A stretch of 37,969 nucleotides of DNA from Akkermansia sp. (GCA_017555465.1 JAFZGH010000105.1:1-37969), one strand, 5' to 3'; counted from the stretch's first letter, positions 25,267 to 33,896 are shown. Numbers and translations are program-made. The notes: generated from the sequence alone by a model not told the origin.

Positions 25267-25485
25267 ATGACCAACACCAGCCTGCTGGAGCTGCGCATCC
25301 AGAAATCTGGCCTCAAAAAAAGCTATATTGCAAAAGAATTAGGCATTACGCTGAGAACGCTGGCCAATAAGATTGCAAACCGCTGCGAATTTAAGGCAAG
25401 CGAAATCGACAAGCTGTGCAAACTGCTGGGCATTACTGACCCCGCAGAAAAGGAGGCTATTTTTTTTGCTACAAAAGTAGCCTAA
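25267..25485 (+). CDS. Cro-like HTH regulator
   Basis: SGLKKSYIAKELGIT..TL.NKI....EFKASEI; first gene of the divergent lytic operon. Confidence 0.88.
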   Translation: MTNTSLLELRIQKSGLKKSYIAKELGITLRTLANKIANRCEFKASEIDKLCKLLGITDPAEKEAIFFATKVA

Positions 25486-25493
25486 ACGGCTAC
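25477..25493. promoter_or_regulatory. Distal operator GTAGCC-TAAAC-GGCTAC at cro stop
   Basis: 16/17 identical to the 25219-25235 operator core. Confidence 0.8.
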
Positions 25494-25506
25494 CGAGGAG
25501 GGAACC

Positions 25507-25713
25507 ATGGAGAACTGGACACCGGCACCAGACCGGCCCGGCTACCGCCGCAAGATCATCCAGAGAGGCCCGGCCACCATCATCATTGACCGGCCAGAGC
25601 TGGACGACGCTGCCGCAGCCAAGGCCCAGGAAAAGACCCGCGCGGAGCTGGAGGGCGCCATGCGGAGCTATCACAGACGAACGGCCCAACGTGCGGCCGT
25701 GCGACCGGCATAA
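25507..25713 (+). CDS. Hypothetical protein
   Basis: RBS GAGGAGG; 68 aa. Confidence 0.7.
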   Translation: MENWTPAPDRPGYRRKIIQRGPATIIIDRPELDDAAAAKAQEKTRAELEGAMRSYHRRTAQRAAVRPA

Positions 25714-25758
25714 AAGTCGGCCGCAAAATACCAGGACATTCAGAAAGGCGGAAACGGT

Positions 25759-25971
25759 ATGACATACCAATACCAGGGAACTGTAACCCGTTATCAATTC
25801 CAGACCTACAGCGCACCCAAACCCCGGAAGAAAAACAGAAAGCTGGCCCGGCTGCTGACCACCAGAAAGCTGCTACATTTTATCGGTTTTCTGTCTTTTT
25901 GGGCCACCACGCTGGCCATTACATATTTGTGCATGCTGGTCACCCTGGCCGCGTTTGTCTGGCTGTCCTGA
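25759..25971 (+). CDS. Hypothetical membrane protein
   Basis: Basic segment followed by a long hydrophobic C-terminus. Confidence 0.6.
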   Translation: MTYQYQGTVTRYQFQTYSAPKPRKKNRKLARLLTTRKLLHFIGFLSFWATTLAITYLCMLVTLAAFVWLS

Positions 25972-25989
25972 ACCAAAGGAGGCGACACT

Positions 25990-26163
25990 GTGCGAGATAT
26001 CAACGTGGGCGCATTAATTCGCCTTAAAGGGGCCCGGCCCCATTTGACTGCCCAGCAATACAGGACCCTGCGGGGCCAGGTGCTGGCAGGCGACCCGGAC
26101 GGCGCCATGCGAGGGCTGCGCAAGCTGCTCCTGCTGCAGGGCTCCAACGCCGTGAAAAAGTAA
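25990..26163 (+). CDS. Hypothetical 57-aa protein (not in ORF track)
   Basis: RBS AAGGAGG, GTG start; LTAQQYRTLRGQVLAGDPDGAMRGL. Confidence 0.7.
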   Translation: MRDINVGALIRLKGARPHLTAQQYRTLRGQVLAGDPDGAMRGLRKLLLLQGSNAVKK

Positions 26164-26169
26164 AATCAA

Positions 26170-26218
26170 TGTTTCACGGGCAACGTTAAACACAAAAAAC
26201 AATGTTTCACGGAAAACA
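26170..26218. repeat. Two parS-like 16-mers
   Basis: TGTTTCACGGGCAACG (26170-26185) and TGTTTCACGGAAAACA (26203-26218) versus parS TGTTNCACGTGAAACA. Confidence 0.5.
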
Positions 26219-26239
26219 ACTGACAAAGGAGCGAAACCA

Positions 26240-26428
26240 ATGCCAGAAAATACGACAACCCAACATGTGACCATCCCGGTGGATGAATACGCATACCTGC
26301 AAAAGCTGGAGGTGCTGCTGGATATTCTCCTGGGTGACGGTGATTACAGCACGTTTCGGAACGTGGCCGCTGTGCGGCAGAATATCCGGGAAATGAAACA
26401 TGCCCGAAAGGTGGCGGGTGAGGAATGA
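26240..26428 (+). CDS. Hypothetical protein
   Basis: RBS AAGGAG; VTIPVDEY motif. Confidence 0.7.
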   Translation: MPENTTTQHVTIPVDEYAYLQKLEVLLDILLGDGDYSTFRNVAAVRQNIREMKHARKVAGEE

Positions 26429-26880
26429 GCCAGCAGCTGCTAACCATTGCCGGCGACATATCAGAAAAGCGTCTCATTGTCAAGGGACGCCTGCCCGGCC
26501 TGAATGAGTACACCAAAGCCTGCAGGACCAACCCCCATACAGGCAACGAAATGAAACGCCAGGCCCAGGACATGGTCATGTGGTACATACTGCAGCAAAT
26601 GCGTGGCCACCGTTTCACAAAGCCGGTTTTTATCCTGTTTTCATTCTATGAGCAGGACCGCCGGCGAGATCGTGACAACATAAGCAGCTTTGCCCGCAAG
26701 GTAATCCAGGACGCCCTGGTGAAATGCGGCAACCTGCAGGACGACGGCTGGGACTATGTGACCGGCTACATGGACCGCTTTTATGTGGACAAAGAAAACC
26801 CGCGCATTGTCGTGGAATTTATCGAGCAGGAGGTGGTGGCGAAATGCAACAAGCAACCCGCCAGGAAATCAAAGAAATAA
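26425..26880 (+). CDS. rusA: RusA-family Holliday junction resolvase
   Basis: LPGLNEY, RRRDRDNI, IQDALVKCG.LQDD, NPRIVVE. Confidence 0.88.
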   Translation: MSQQLLTIAGDISEKRLIVKGRLPGLNEYTKACRTNPHTGNEMKRQAQDMVMWYILQQMRGHRFTKPVFILFSFYEQDRRRDRDNISSFARKVIQDALVKCGNLQDDGWDYVTGYMDRFYVDKENPRIVVEFIEQEVVAKCNKQPARKSKK

Positions 26881-27182
26881 AGGCGACCGTGCGGCAGGTG
26901 CTGCATGATCACCCGCCCACCAGGGCCGACGACAACGCCCTGTTTTATCACGTTTGCAAACGGCACGCGCAGCAGATCGGTGTGGACCTCCACACGCTGC
27001 ACTTTTCCACCGTATTCCTGGGCAACCCTCTGAAATTCCCGAAATACGAGAGCGTCGTGCGACTGCGCCGCATGGAGCAGCGGGCCAACCCTGACCTGCT
27101 GGACCCGGTGGCGGCTGCCAACCGTGCCAAAAAGGAGCGGGACATGGTGGAGCTGGCCAGAAATGGAGGGCTGCTGCAGTGA
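26844..27182 (+). CDS. Hypothetical protein
   Basis: RBS AGGAGGT; TRADDNAL...ESVVRLRR. Confidence 0.65.
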   Translation: MQQATRQEIKEIKATVRQVLHDHPPTRADDNALFYHVCKRHAQQIGVDLHTLHFSTVFLGNPLKFPKYESVVRLRRMEQRANPDLLDPVAAANRAKKERDMVELARNGGLLQ

Positions 27183-27952
27183 TCAACCCGCAGAACTTTT
27201 ACACCGTCCAGGGCTGGATGCTGGCAGACCTGGGCCTAAAGGGCAACGCCCTGGCCGCCTATGCTATTATCTATGGCTTTTCTCAGGACGGGAAAAGCGA
27301 GTTTACCGGCTCTGCCAACTACCTGGCCGAATGGATGGGCTGCAGCCGCAGCACAGTCATGGAGACCCTGAAAAAGCTGGTAGAAAAGGGGCTGCTGGTA
27401 AAGCGCAATATAATCCAGGACGGCGTCCTGTTTTGCGCATACAAGGCAAACCCGCGACCCTGTCCGAAAACTGGACAGGGGGTGTCTGAAAACCAGACCG
27501 GGACCTGTCCGAAAACTGGACAGGGGGTGTCCGAAAATCAGACAGGGGGTAGTCCGAAACTCGGACACAATAATATAGCTGATAATATAGCGATAAATAA
27601 TATTAAATATATTGTCGAGTATCTGAACCGAAAAGCCGGCACCAAATACAAGCCCACCAGCAAGGAAACGCAAAAGCACATAAACGCCCGCCTGGCGGAG
27701 GGCTACACGGTGGCCGACTTTGTGCAGGTGATCGACAAAAAGTGCGCAGCCTGGAAAGGCGACCCCAAAATGGAGGAGTACCTGCGGCCCTCCACATTGT
27801 TCGGCACGAAATTCGAGAGCTACCTGAACGCCCCTGCAGCTGCTCAGCAGCCCCGGCCCGCCGGCCGTGGCTATGGTGCACCGGCTGCCAACGTGGGCCC
27901 GAACGGCATTGCAATCGACCCGAGCAAAAACGACCTGGACGGCATTCTGTAG
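27179..27952 (+). CDS. Replication initiator (N-terminal HTH plus conserved phage C-terminal domain)
   Basis: YAIIYGFSQDG, YLAEW.G.SRSTV...LKKLVEKG; C-terminal YLRPSTLFGTKFESYLN; internal iterons. Confidence 0.88.
   Translation: MINPQNFYTVQGWMLADLGLKGNALAAYAIIYGFSQDGKSEFTGSANYLAEWMGCSRSTVMETLKKLVEKGLLVKRNIIQDGVLFCAYKANPRPCPKTGQGVSENQTGTCPKTGQGVSENQTGGSPKLGHNNIADNIAINNIKYIVEYLNRKAGTKYKPTSKETQKHINARLAEGYTVADFVQVIDKKCAAWKGDPKMEEYLRPSTLFGTKFESYLNAPAAAQQPRPAGRGYGAPAANVGPNGIAIDPSKNDLDGIL
27461..27613. repeat. Replication origin: five 17-bp palindromic iterons plus AT-rich tract
   Basis: TGTCCGAAAACTGGACA-like units at 27461, 27483, 27506, 27528 and 27551 (22-23 bp period), then AT-rich 27568-27613. 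Confidence 0.85.
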
Positions 27953-27965
27953 AGGAGGAGACCCC

Positions 27966-28256
27966 ATGAAACGGAAAAAGTATATCAAGCTGCTAATGAG
28001 CGCCGGCATGGCAAGGAACGACGCACAGGAATGCGCGGCCCTGTCCAGAAACTCCTGCCGGCCGTACTATCTGACCGCCGGCGACCTGCTGAACCACCAC
28101 CGCGAAAAATTCAAAGTGCGCGGCCTGGTGGGCCTGCAGCCCGTGCGCCTAACCATCATTCACGGATTCAAAACCCCGGTGTACAACCTGCTGATAGATG
28201 GATTTTACAACCGGGCGGCCTGGGCCGTTATGCGCGAAAGAGGTGGCAAGGCATGA
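27966..28256 (+). CDS. Hypothetical protein
   Basis: RBS GAGGAGG; MKRKKYIKLLMSAG.ARN. Confidence 0.7.
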   Translation: MKRKKYIKLLMSAGMARNDAQECAALSRNSCRPYYLTAGDLLNHHREKFKVRGLVGLQPVRLTIIHGFKTPVYNLLIDGFYNRAAWAVMRERGGKA

Positions 28257-28663
28257 CCCGTAAAAAGTTTGTAAAGCAAATCATGGCCCTGGGCTATCAG
28301 AGAAACGCCGCGGAGGCAATGGCCATGTATGCACGCTGGACCGGCTGCACATATGAGGACTACCTGCGCGACGAAATCAACCGACAAAATTTTGCCCTGG
28401 CCCTGACGAACATAAAGACCATGCTGGTGGAATGTATGAGACCCGTGTGCGAGGCAGCAACGGCAACCATTGAGTGGCTGCGCGAGACCTTTGCGGCCGT
28501 CGACCTGAGCAATGTAACCACCATGCTGGACTGGGCGAAGGAAAACGCCCCGCAGATCGTTGAGCGGCACGCGGACGACGCCCTGGACGCCCTGACGTAT
28601 TCGTGCGGCATCGACCTGGCACACGGCCCGGACATGGCCGCGGGAGGTGGCGGCAATGACTGA
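28253..28663 (+). CDS. Hypothetical protein
   Basis: ATGA coupling; MTRKKFVKQIMALGYQRN. Confidence 0.7.
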   Translation: MTRKKFVKQIMALGYQRNAAEAMAMYARWTGCTYEDYLRDEINRQNFALALTNIKTMLVECMRPVCEAATATIEWLRETFAAVDLSNVTTMLDWAKENAPQIVERHADDALDALTYSCGIDLAHGPDMAAGGGGND

Positions 28664-29588
28664 CCAGGAGCTGCTGGCCGCCCAGCGCCGGCTGCAGAAA
28701 CAGCACGGCGTAACACCGCCGGCCCCAGCGTCAAACGCTGCCGCGGTGGCGGAGGGTATGCTGGCCATGGTGGCGGCAAAGGCTGAGGCCGGCGCCGAAA
28801 CGGAAACCGAGTACCTGGACGAGGACACCGGCCTGCTGCGCTGCCGCATCTGTGGCGGAAAGCGCCAGACGGTAATAACCCCGCCCTTTGAGGGCGCCAA
28901 GCCCCGCACGGTCCGCTGCTGGTGCAACTGCCCGACGGCCCAGGACCTGGCCAAGGAAAAGGAACGCCAGATCAAAATGGAAACGGCCCGCCTGGTATGT
29001 TTCCAGGGCGTCGAGGAAATGCGCAGCTGCACCTTTGACAAGGACGACGGCAAAGGAGACCAGCAGCTGATCACCGCCGCCCGGCTCTATGCCGAAAATT
29101 TCAAGGACCACCTGCGGGACGGCATGGGCCTGCTGTATTACGGCCCGGTGGGCACCGGCAAGACATTCCTGGCCGCCTGCATTGCAAACGCTGTCCTGGC
29201 CCAGGGCTACCGGGTCCGCATGACCAACTTTGCAAGGGTGGCGGACGAAATCTGGACGGCAGACGACAAGGCGGGATATATTGCGGACCTGTGCCGTTAT
29301 GACCTGCTCATGCTGGACGACCTGGGAGCGGAGCGCAAAAGCGAGTACATGCAGGAAATGGTGTACAAGATCGTAAACGCCCGCTATGTGGCCGGCGCCC
29401 CGGTGATCGTAACCACCAACCTGACCACGGACGAGCTGACCAAAACGGCCGATATTGGCTACGCGAGAACATACGACCGACTGCTGGAGAAGTGCCTGCT
29501 CATCAAGGTGGACGGCCGCAGCCGCCGCAGAGCCGGCGCCGCTGACGCCTGGGGCAATATGCGCCGGCAGCTGGGAATGGAGGTGTAA
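28656..29588 (+). CDS. DnaC/IstB-like helicase loader ATPase
   Basis: CRICG..CWCNC zinc motif, Walker A GPVGTGKT, Walker B LLMLDDLG, IVTTNL. Confidence 0.9.
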   Translation: MTDQELLAAQRRLQKQHGVTPPAPASNAAAVAEGMLAMVAAKAEAGAETETEYLDEDTGLLRCRICGGKRQTVITPPFEGAKPRTVRCWCNCPTAQDLAKEKERQIKMETARLVCFQGVEEMRSCTFDKDDGKGDQQLITAARLYAENFKDHLRDGMGLLYYGPVGTGKTFLAACIANAVLAQGYRVRMTNFARVADEIWTADDKAGYIADLCRYDLLMLDDLGAERKSEYMQEMVYKIVNARYVAGAPVIVTTNLTTDELTKTADIGYARTYDRLLEKCLLIKVDGRSRRRAGAADAWGNMRRQLGMEV

Positions 29589-29590
29589 AC

Positions 29591-29983
29591 GTGACAGAAA
29601 AGGAAATACAGAAAATTGTGCGTGATACCGTGACGGCCACGGTGCTGCAGCTGAAAGCGGCGGGCATGCTGCAGCCTGCCACCGCAAAAACCGCCGTACA
29701 GAAAACCGAGGAGCTGCTGAGGCAGTACCCGCAGCTGAGAAACAGCAGCGAGCCCTATGCGCTGCGCGTGGTGGCGGAAATCGACGCCCTGCTGGCCGCT
29801 GCGGAAAATGAGCCCTATGTGGACGTTATCCGCCTGTATTACTTTGGCGGCCTGACAAACGAGGGCTGCGCAAATACCCTCTGCTGTGACGAAAGGACCT
29901 GCCGGCGCTACCGCAAAAAGCTGGTGCAACAGTTTTCTGTGCGCCTGGCATCTGATGAATTTATCCGCGAACTGCTGGAATAA
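29591..29983 (+). CDS. RinA/ArpU-like (sigma region-4) transcriptional regulator
   Basis: VIRLYYFGGLTNEGCANTLCCDERTCRRYRKKLV C-terminal HTH. Confidence 0.7.
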   Translation: MTEKEIQKIVRDTVTATVLQLKAAGMLQPATAKTAVQKTEELLRQYPQLRNSSEPYALRVVAEIDALLAAAENEPYVDVIRLYYFGGLTNEGCANTLCCDERTCRRYRKKLVQQFSVRLASDEFIRELLE

Positions 29984-29995
29984 GGAGGCAAACAT

Positions 29996-30271
29996 ATGAA
30001 CTTTAAGTACAACCCCTGGCTGAGCCTGGTGGCCATGGTGCTGCTGGCCCTCATTCTGGTGCTGGCCTGCACCGGCTGCCACGTCCAGGAAAATGCCACC
30101 GCCCTGGAACCCCAGGCAGAAACCGAGACCGAGACCTGGCCCCGCTTTACCCGTGAGTATGCGGGCGGGTACTGCATCATTCTCACGGACACCCAGACCG
30201 GCGTGCAGTACCTGTATTATGGCAACGGCACCGGTGGCGGCCTGTGCGTGCTGGAACCCGGGGAGGGCTGA
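29996..30271 (+). CDS. Secreted/lipoprotein-like protein (DUF6440-like)
   Basis: Hydrophobic signal ending LACTGC; ILTDTQTGVQYL..GGGL. Confidence 0.65.
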   Translation: MNFKYNPWLSLVAMVLLALILVLACTGCHVQENATALEPQAETETETWPRFTREYAGGYCIILTDTQTGVQYLYYGNGTGGGLCVLEPGEG

Positions 30272-30273
30272 GC

Positions 30274-30759
30274 ATGGAAAGATTGACGAAAAGAACGCCG
30301 GCCGGCGTGGGCGTGCTGGTGGAGTGTGGAACAAAGCCGTGCTGTGCTGGCTGCATCGGCCCCTGCGTCCCCCAGGACGAGGCAAACACCCGCCTGGCAG
30401 CCTATGAGGACACCGGCCTGAGCCCCGCAGAAATCACTGCCATGGCGGGCAAGCTGCGCCAGATCGACGAGGAAAAAGCACGGGAGGCCCGTGTGGCTGC
30501 CATGGTAGAGCTGGCAACGCATGCCATAGGAATGAACAACAAAAGGACATACAAGCGCCACGGCCGAACCTGGTATAAACCATATCGCAATGTTTATTGC
30601 GCCGGCTCCCAGGGAGACCCGGTGTGGGACGAAATGGTAAAAGAGGGCTATGCAAAGGCAAGCCAAGGGCTGCAAAGTGTGTACTACTTTATGACCCGCG
30701 CGGGCCTGGACTGGCTGGGCCAGCAAACGGGCGTAAATATTCACGACGAGGAGGGCTAA
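30274..30759 (+). CDS. Hypothetical two-domain protein
   Basis: MERLT...RLAAYEDTGLSP N-terminal module plus C-terminal KPYRN..WDEMV..G module. Confidence 0.7.
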   Translation: MERLTKRTPAGVGVLVECGTKPCCAGCIGPCVPQDEANTRLAAYEDTGLSPAEITAMAGKLRQIDEEKAREARVAAMVELATHAIGMNNKRTYKRHGRTWYKPYRNVYCAGSQGDPVWDEMVKEGYAKASQGLQSVYYFMTRAGLDWLGQQTGVNIHDEEG

Positions 30760-30761
30760 CC

Positions 30762-31085
30762 ATGGACATTGACAGAGCGGCCCACGGGCTTTACAGCCTG
30801 CGCCTGATACGCAGACCCGCGCCGGCATATTGCCGCCGCTGCGGCAGAATCCTGGAAACGGCATACCATGAGGACCGGCTGTACTCTGTGGCCTGCACCG
30901 ACTGCAAAACCGTGACGCTGGTAAAAGCCAGAAACCCGGCCGCCGCGGCTCAGATCGTGGGCAACCCGGCCGAGACGCTGCCGGGCACCATGGACCCGGC
31001 CCCGCAATACTCAGAGAAAGCGCTGCGAGCCCTGAAACACATGGGCGACAAGGCGCACAGCGGGAGGTCTGGCCGTGGGATATAA
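30762..31085 (+). CDS. Hypothetical zinc-ribbon protein
   Basis: CRRCG...CTDC; RBS GAGGAGG. Confidence 0.6.
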   Translation: MDIDRAAHGLYSLRLIRRPAPAYCRRCGRILETAYHEDRLYSVACTDCKTVTLVKARNPAAAAQIVGNPAETLPGTMDPAPQYSEKALRALKHMGDKAHSGRSGRGI

Positions 31086-31160
31086 AAAGCCGAGCTATGC
31101 CGGCCAGGTCTGGCTGGTCCTCAAATGGTGGGCCCGGCGCCTGTTTGGGAGGCGCAGCGC

Positions 31161-31400
31161 ATGAAAAATAGAACATTCGACGACGTGGTGCAGATCATCA
31201 AGCCAGACACCGACAGCCAGTACCGCCTGCGGCCGTGCAGCTGCGGCAGCTCTGAGGTGGTATACGCCCAGTATGCCGGCCCTGGTGGCGGGCTGCTGTG
31301 GCGGGTGGTATGTACGGACTGCGGCGCCACCGTGGACCTGCAGACCGACGTGCGGCACGACGTGCAACTGGAATGGAATGGGAGGAACAACCATGGATAG
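31161..31400 (+). CDS. Lar-like (restriction alleviation) zinc-ribbon protein
   Basis: LRPCSCGS...VVCTDCG...WN pattern. Confidence 0.55.
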   Translation: MKNRTFDDVVQIIKPDTDSQYRLRPCSCGSSEVVYAQYAGPGGGLLWRVVCTDCGATVDLQTDVRHDVQLEWNGRNNHG

Positions 31401-31590
31401 ATTGACAGAAAGAACCGGCAACCAGGTGGCATACATCGGCAAGCACACGAAAATGCCCGGCCTGGACAGCGCCGGCAGCATGAAAGTGGCGGCACAGCGG
31501 GAGTGCATGGAGCGCCTGGCCGACTATGAGGACACCGGCTTTACACCCGAGCAAATCAAGCAAATCCTGCTGCAGAGCAGCACGAAATAA
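31393..31590 (+). CDS. Hypothetical protein
   Basis: RBS GGAGG; MDRLT...RLADYEDTGFTPEQI. Confidence 0.7.
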   Translation: MDRLTERTGNQVAYIGKHTKMPGLDSAGSMKVAAQRECMERLADYEDTGFTPEQIKQILLQSSTK

Positions 31591-31605
31591 CAGGAGGTAA
31601 AAACC

Positions 31606-31887
31606 ATGAGCATCAAGAATTTAATGGGCCGCAAGCTGGCCAAGATCACCGGCAGAGAGTGCCGCCGCTGCCGGTTTAATGTGGACGGCCGCTGCACACT
31701 TTGCAAAGGCGCATACATGAAGTGCTGGCACAGCATCACCCGGCCCCTCTTTAAGGAGCGCCCCGGCAAGTACCTGCGCCAGGACCCCGGCCTGACACCC
31801 AAGGAGCAGCGCGAGCTGGACAAGATCAAGGGAGCCCTGCAGGAGGCAGGAGACACCGCCCGGGACGGCGGACTGCTGGGGGACTGA
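31606..31887 (+). CDS. Hypothetical Cys-rich protein
   Basis: RBS AGGAGGT; CRRC..C..C..C. Confidence 0.7.
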   Translation: MSIKNLMGRKLAKITGRECRRCRFNVDGRCTLCKGAYMKCWHSITRPLFKERPGKYLRQDPGLTPKEQRELDKIKGALQEAGDTARDGGLLGD

Positions 31888-31890
31888 GCC

Positions 31891-32157
31891 ATGGCCCAGG
31901 AAAAAGGTGTGAGAGTAACCTGCAGCCGCTGCGGTGCCTCTGTATTCCTGAAATACGAGGGCACCCGGCCCCGCGAATGGAGCAGCCCTGAGGAAGTGTA
32001 CGAACAAGCACCACCCGGCTGGTTTGAATACAGGATTCTGCATGAAAAGCGCGACCTGTGCCCGGCCTGCAGTGAAAAGTGGGAAGAAATGGCCGGCGCG
32101 TTTTTAAGACGGGAGCGCATAATCATAGACACGCCCAGAGAGGTGGCAACGGCATGA
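31891..32157 (+). CDS. Hypothetical zinc-finger protein
   Basis: CSRCG...DLCPAC. Confidence 0.7.
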   Translation: MAQEKGVRVTCSRCGASVFLKYEGTRPREWSSPEEVYEQAPPGWFEYRILHEKRDLCPACSEKWEEMAGAFLRRERIIIDTPREVATA

Positions 32158-32336
32158 AAATCAAGGTAACCCTGATCACCGAGAACGACGTCCCATTGTC
32201 CAAAACGGGAATGAGCCGCGAGGCCGCAGAGGAAAAAGCGAGGAAAGGCTGGGAGCTTGTCATGCAGTTTCTGGCAGCATCTTCTGAAAACAACGACCGG
32301 GCCACCGTCGAAACCGTGGAACTGCTGGAGGACTGA
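32154..32336 (+). CDS. Hypothetical protein
   Basis: RBS GAGGT, ATGA coupling. Confidence 0.65.
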   Translation: MKIKVTLITENDVPLSKTGMSREAAEEKARKGWELVMQFLAASSENNDRATVETVELLED

Positions 32337-32339
32337 GCC

Positions 32340-32693
32340 ATGGCAAAGAAAGCTAAATTCCAGCGCTCTGATATTCCGTTTCGTGACCGGCTGCTCATGA
32401 ATAAGTTTGCAACGGTGGCGGAGCACCGGGACCACGCGGCCCTGGTGGCAATGAAAATCGCCACGGTAGCGCTGAACGATACCGAGGGCATGGGCTATAT
32501 GCGCCTGGCACGCTTTGCACACCGGCAGCAGGAGCTCACCGAGGAATACTACACCGACCCCGACTACCAGGAGGAAAAGCTGAACCAGCGCCTGGAGCAA
32601 ATGGGCTTTAAGGTGGTAAACGGGCGCCTGTTTGGTGCCATTGACCAGGACGGCAAAACCGTGCCCGTCAAAATGATGGAGGGCCAGGCATGA
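32340..32693 (+). CDS. Hypothetical protein
   Basis: RBS GGAGG; VALND..GMG..RL.RF. Confidence 0.7.
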   Translation: MAKKAKFQRSDIPFRDRLLMNKFATVAEHRDHAALVAMKIATVALNDTEGMGYMRLARFAHRQQELTEEYYTDPDYQEEKLNQRLEQMGFKVVNGRLFGAIDQDGKTVPVKMMEGQA

Positions 32694-32848
32694 AAGTGAA
32701 AATGTACGGCCAGAAACGTCTTTCAAAACTGCCGAACAACCCGCGGGACCTGCGATATCTCAAAAAGCAGCGGCAGCGCGAGAGAACCACGCCCAAGCCG
32801 GTGGCGGCTCAGATCGTAAAGGAAAAGGAGGTGCCAAACAATGGATAA
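32690..32848 (+). CDS. Hypothetical basic 52-aa protein (not in ORF track)
   Basis: RBS GGAGG, ATGA coupling; fills the gap exactly. Confidence 0.55.
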   Translation: MKVKMYGQKRLSKLPNNPRDLRYLKKQRQRERTTPKPVAAQIVKEKEVPNNG

Positions 32849-33107
32849 GTACAAAGCCCTATACAAGTGCCGACTGTGCGGCGCCAGATTTTACGGAAAG
32901 ACCTTTGCAACCACCGCCCGCGACGCTGCTGGCTATGTGGTCCACATGGCGGCGGGAGTGTGTGGCCTGAGCCCCACGGAACCGACCGGGCTGCACCTGC
33001 ACGAATGTGCCGACGGCAGCATGGGCCTGGCTGTATTCCTGGGCATGGAAAGACAGCCCACCCGGGTGGCGGAGGAAAAGACCGAAAGCGGGCTGCTGGA
33101 GGACTGA
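32841..33107 (+). CDS. Hypothetical zinc-binding protein
   Basis: YKCRLCG...HECADGS. Confidence 0.7.
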   Translation: MDKYKALYKCRLCGARFYGKTFATTARDAAGYVVHMAAGVCGLSPTEPTGLHLHECADGSMGLAVFLGMERQPTRVAEEKTESGLLED

Positions 33108-33109
33108 CC

Positions 33110-33319
33110 ATGAATATTTTATTTTGGGTACTCTTTGGGCTGCTGTGCGTGCTTTTACTTTTCCTCACCGGCCCGGTCCTGCTAAAGGCGCCGCTGCTGG
33201 TGGCGGACCTGCTGGACGCTATCCTGGCCGGCTTTGTGTACAAGCTGGACCAATGGAAAGAAACAATTGAACTGCTGCGGGAGACGTTTGGCAATGATGA
33301 AAACGACGAACTGCCCTAA
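33110..33319 (+). CDS. Hypothetical membrane protein
   Basis: RBS GGAGG; hydrophobic N-terminal ~45 aa. Confidence 0.65.
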   Translation: MNILFWVLFGLLCVLLLFLTGPVLLKAPLLVADLLDAILAGFVYKLDQWKETIELLRETFGNDENDELP

Positions 33320-33509
33320 CTGCGGGGCGCCGGTAGACCTGGCAGAAAGCTGCTGCCCGTACTGTGACACCCCATACATATCGAAAGTGGACGCATACAC
33401 ACCCATGGAGGACAAGCTGGCAATCATCGAAGAACTGAACCGCAAAATGGCTGCCGGAATTTTAACAGGAAACGAGGCGCGGGCCCTGCTGGGCCTGCCC
33501 CCAGTATAG
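33294..33509 (+). CDS. Small zinc-ribbon protein with portal-like C-terminal motif
   Basis: CPNCG...CPYC followed by AGILTGNEARALLGLPPV. Confidence 0.7.
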   Translation: MMKTTNCPNCGAPVDLAESCCPYCDTPYISKVDAYTPMEDKLAIIEELNRKMAAGILTGNEARALLGLPPV

Positions 33510-33521
33510 GAGGATTGAACC

Positions 33522-33896
33522 ATGGCAAAGGAGATCATGGAAAAACATTCAAACGGAAAGCGGCTGCCTGCCGCCATGGTGGGCACCGCCCGCCGGCGCA
33601 ACGGCAAGCCCAAGGACCGTATTACCGCCAAGGTGCTGGCCGCTGAGGCTGCCGGCTATGGCCCCCATTATGGCCAGTTTGTCGCAGATCACCCCGACGC
33701 ATTCAAGAACTGGGAGCCCGGCCAGGACGTGCCGAAAGTAGAAACCAGCCTCATGGAATTAACCTGCAGATTCTGCGGCAAGACGTTCAAAACCAGACAA
33801 CCCAACAGGAGATACTGCGACGACGTGTGCCGGGCCCGACAGGCCAGTGCAGACTACCGCGCAAAGAAAGCAAAACAGGAGGAAAATGCAAAATGA
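33522..33896 (+). CDS. Hypothetical zinc-finger protein
   Basis: CRFCGKTF...RYCDDVC. Confidence 0.7.
   Translation: MAKEIMEKHSNGKRLPAAMVGTARRRNGKPKDRITAKVLAAEAAGYGPHYGQFVADHPDAFKNWEPGQDVPKVETSLMELTCRFCGKTFKTRQPNRRYCDDVCRARQASADYRAKKAKQEENAK

Noticed and set aside
27461-27567. CRISPR-like repeat array
   Set aside because: Spacers are only 5-6 bp and lie inside the initiator gene next to an AT-rich tract, which is classic iteron layout
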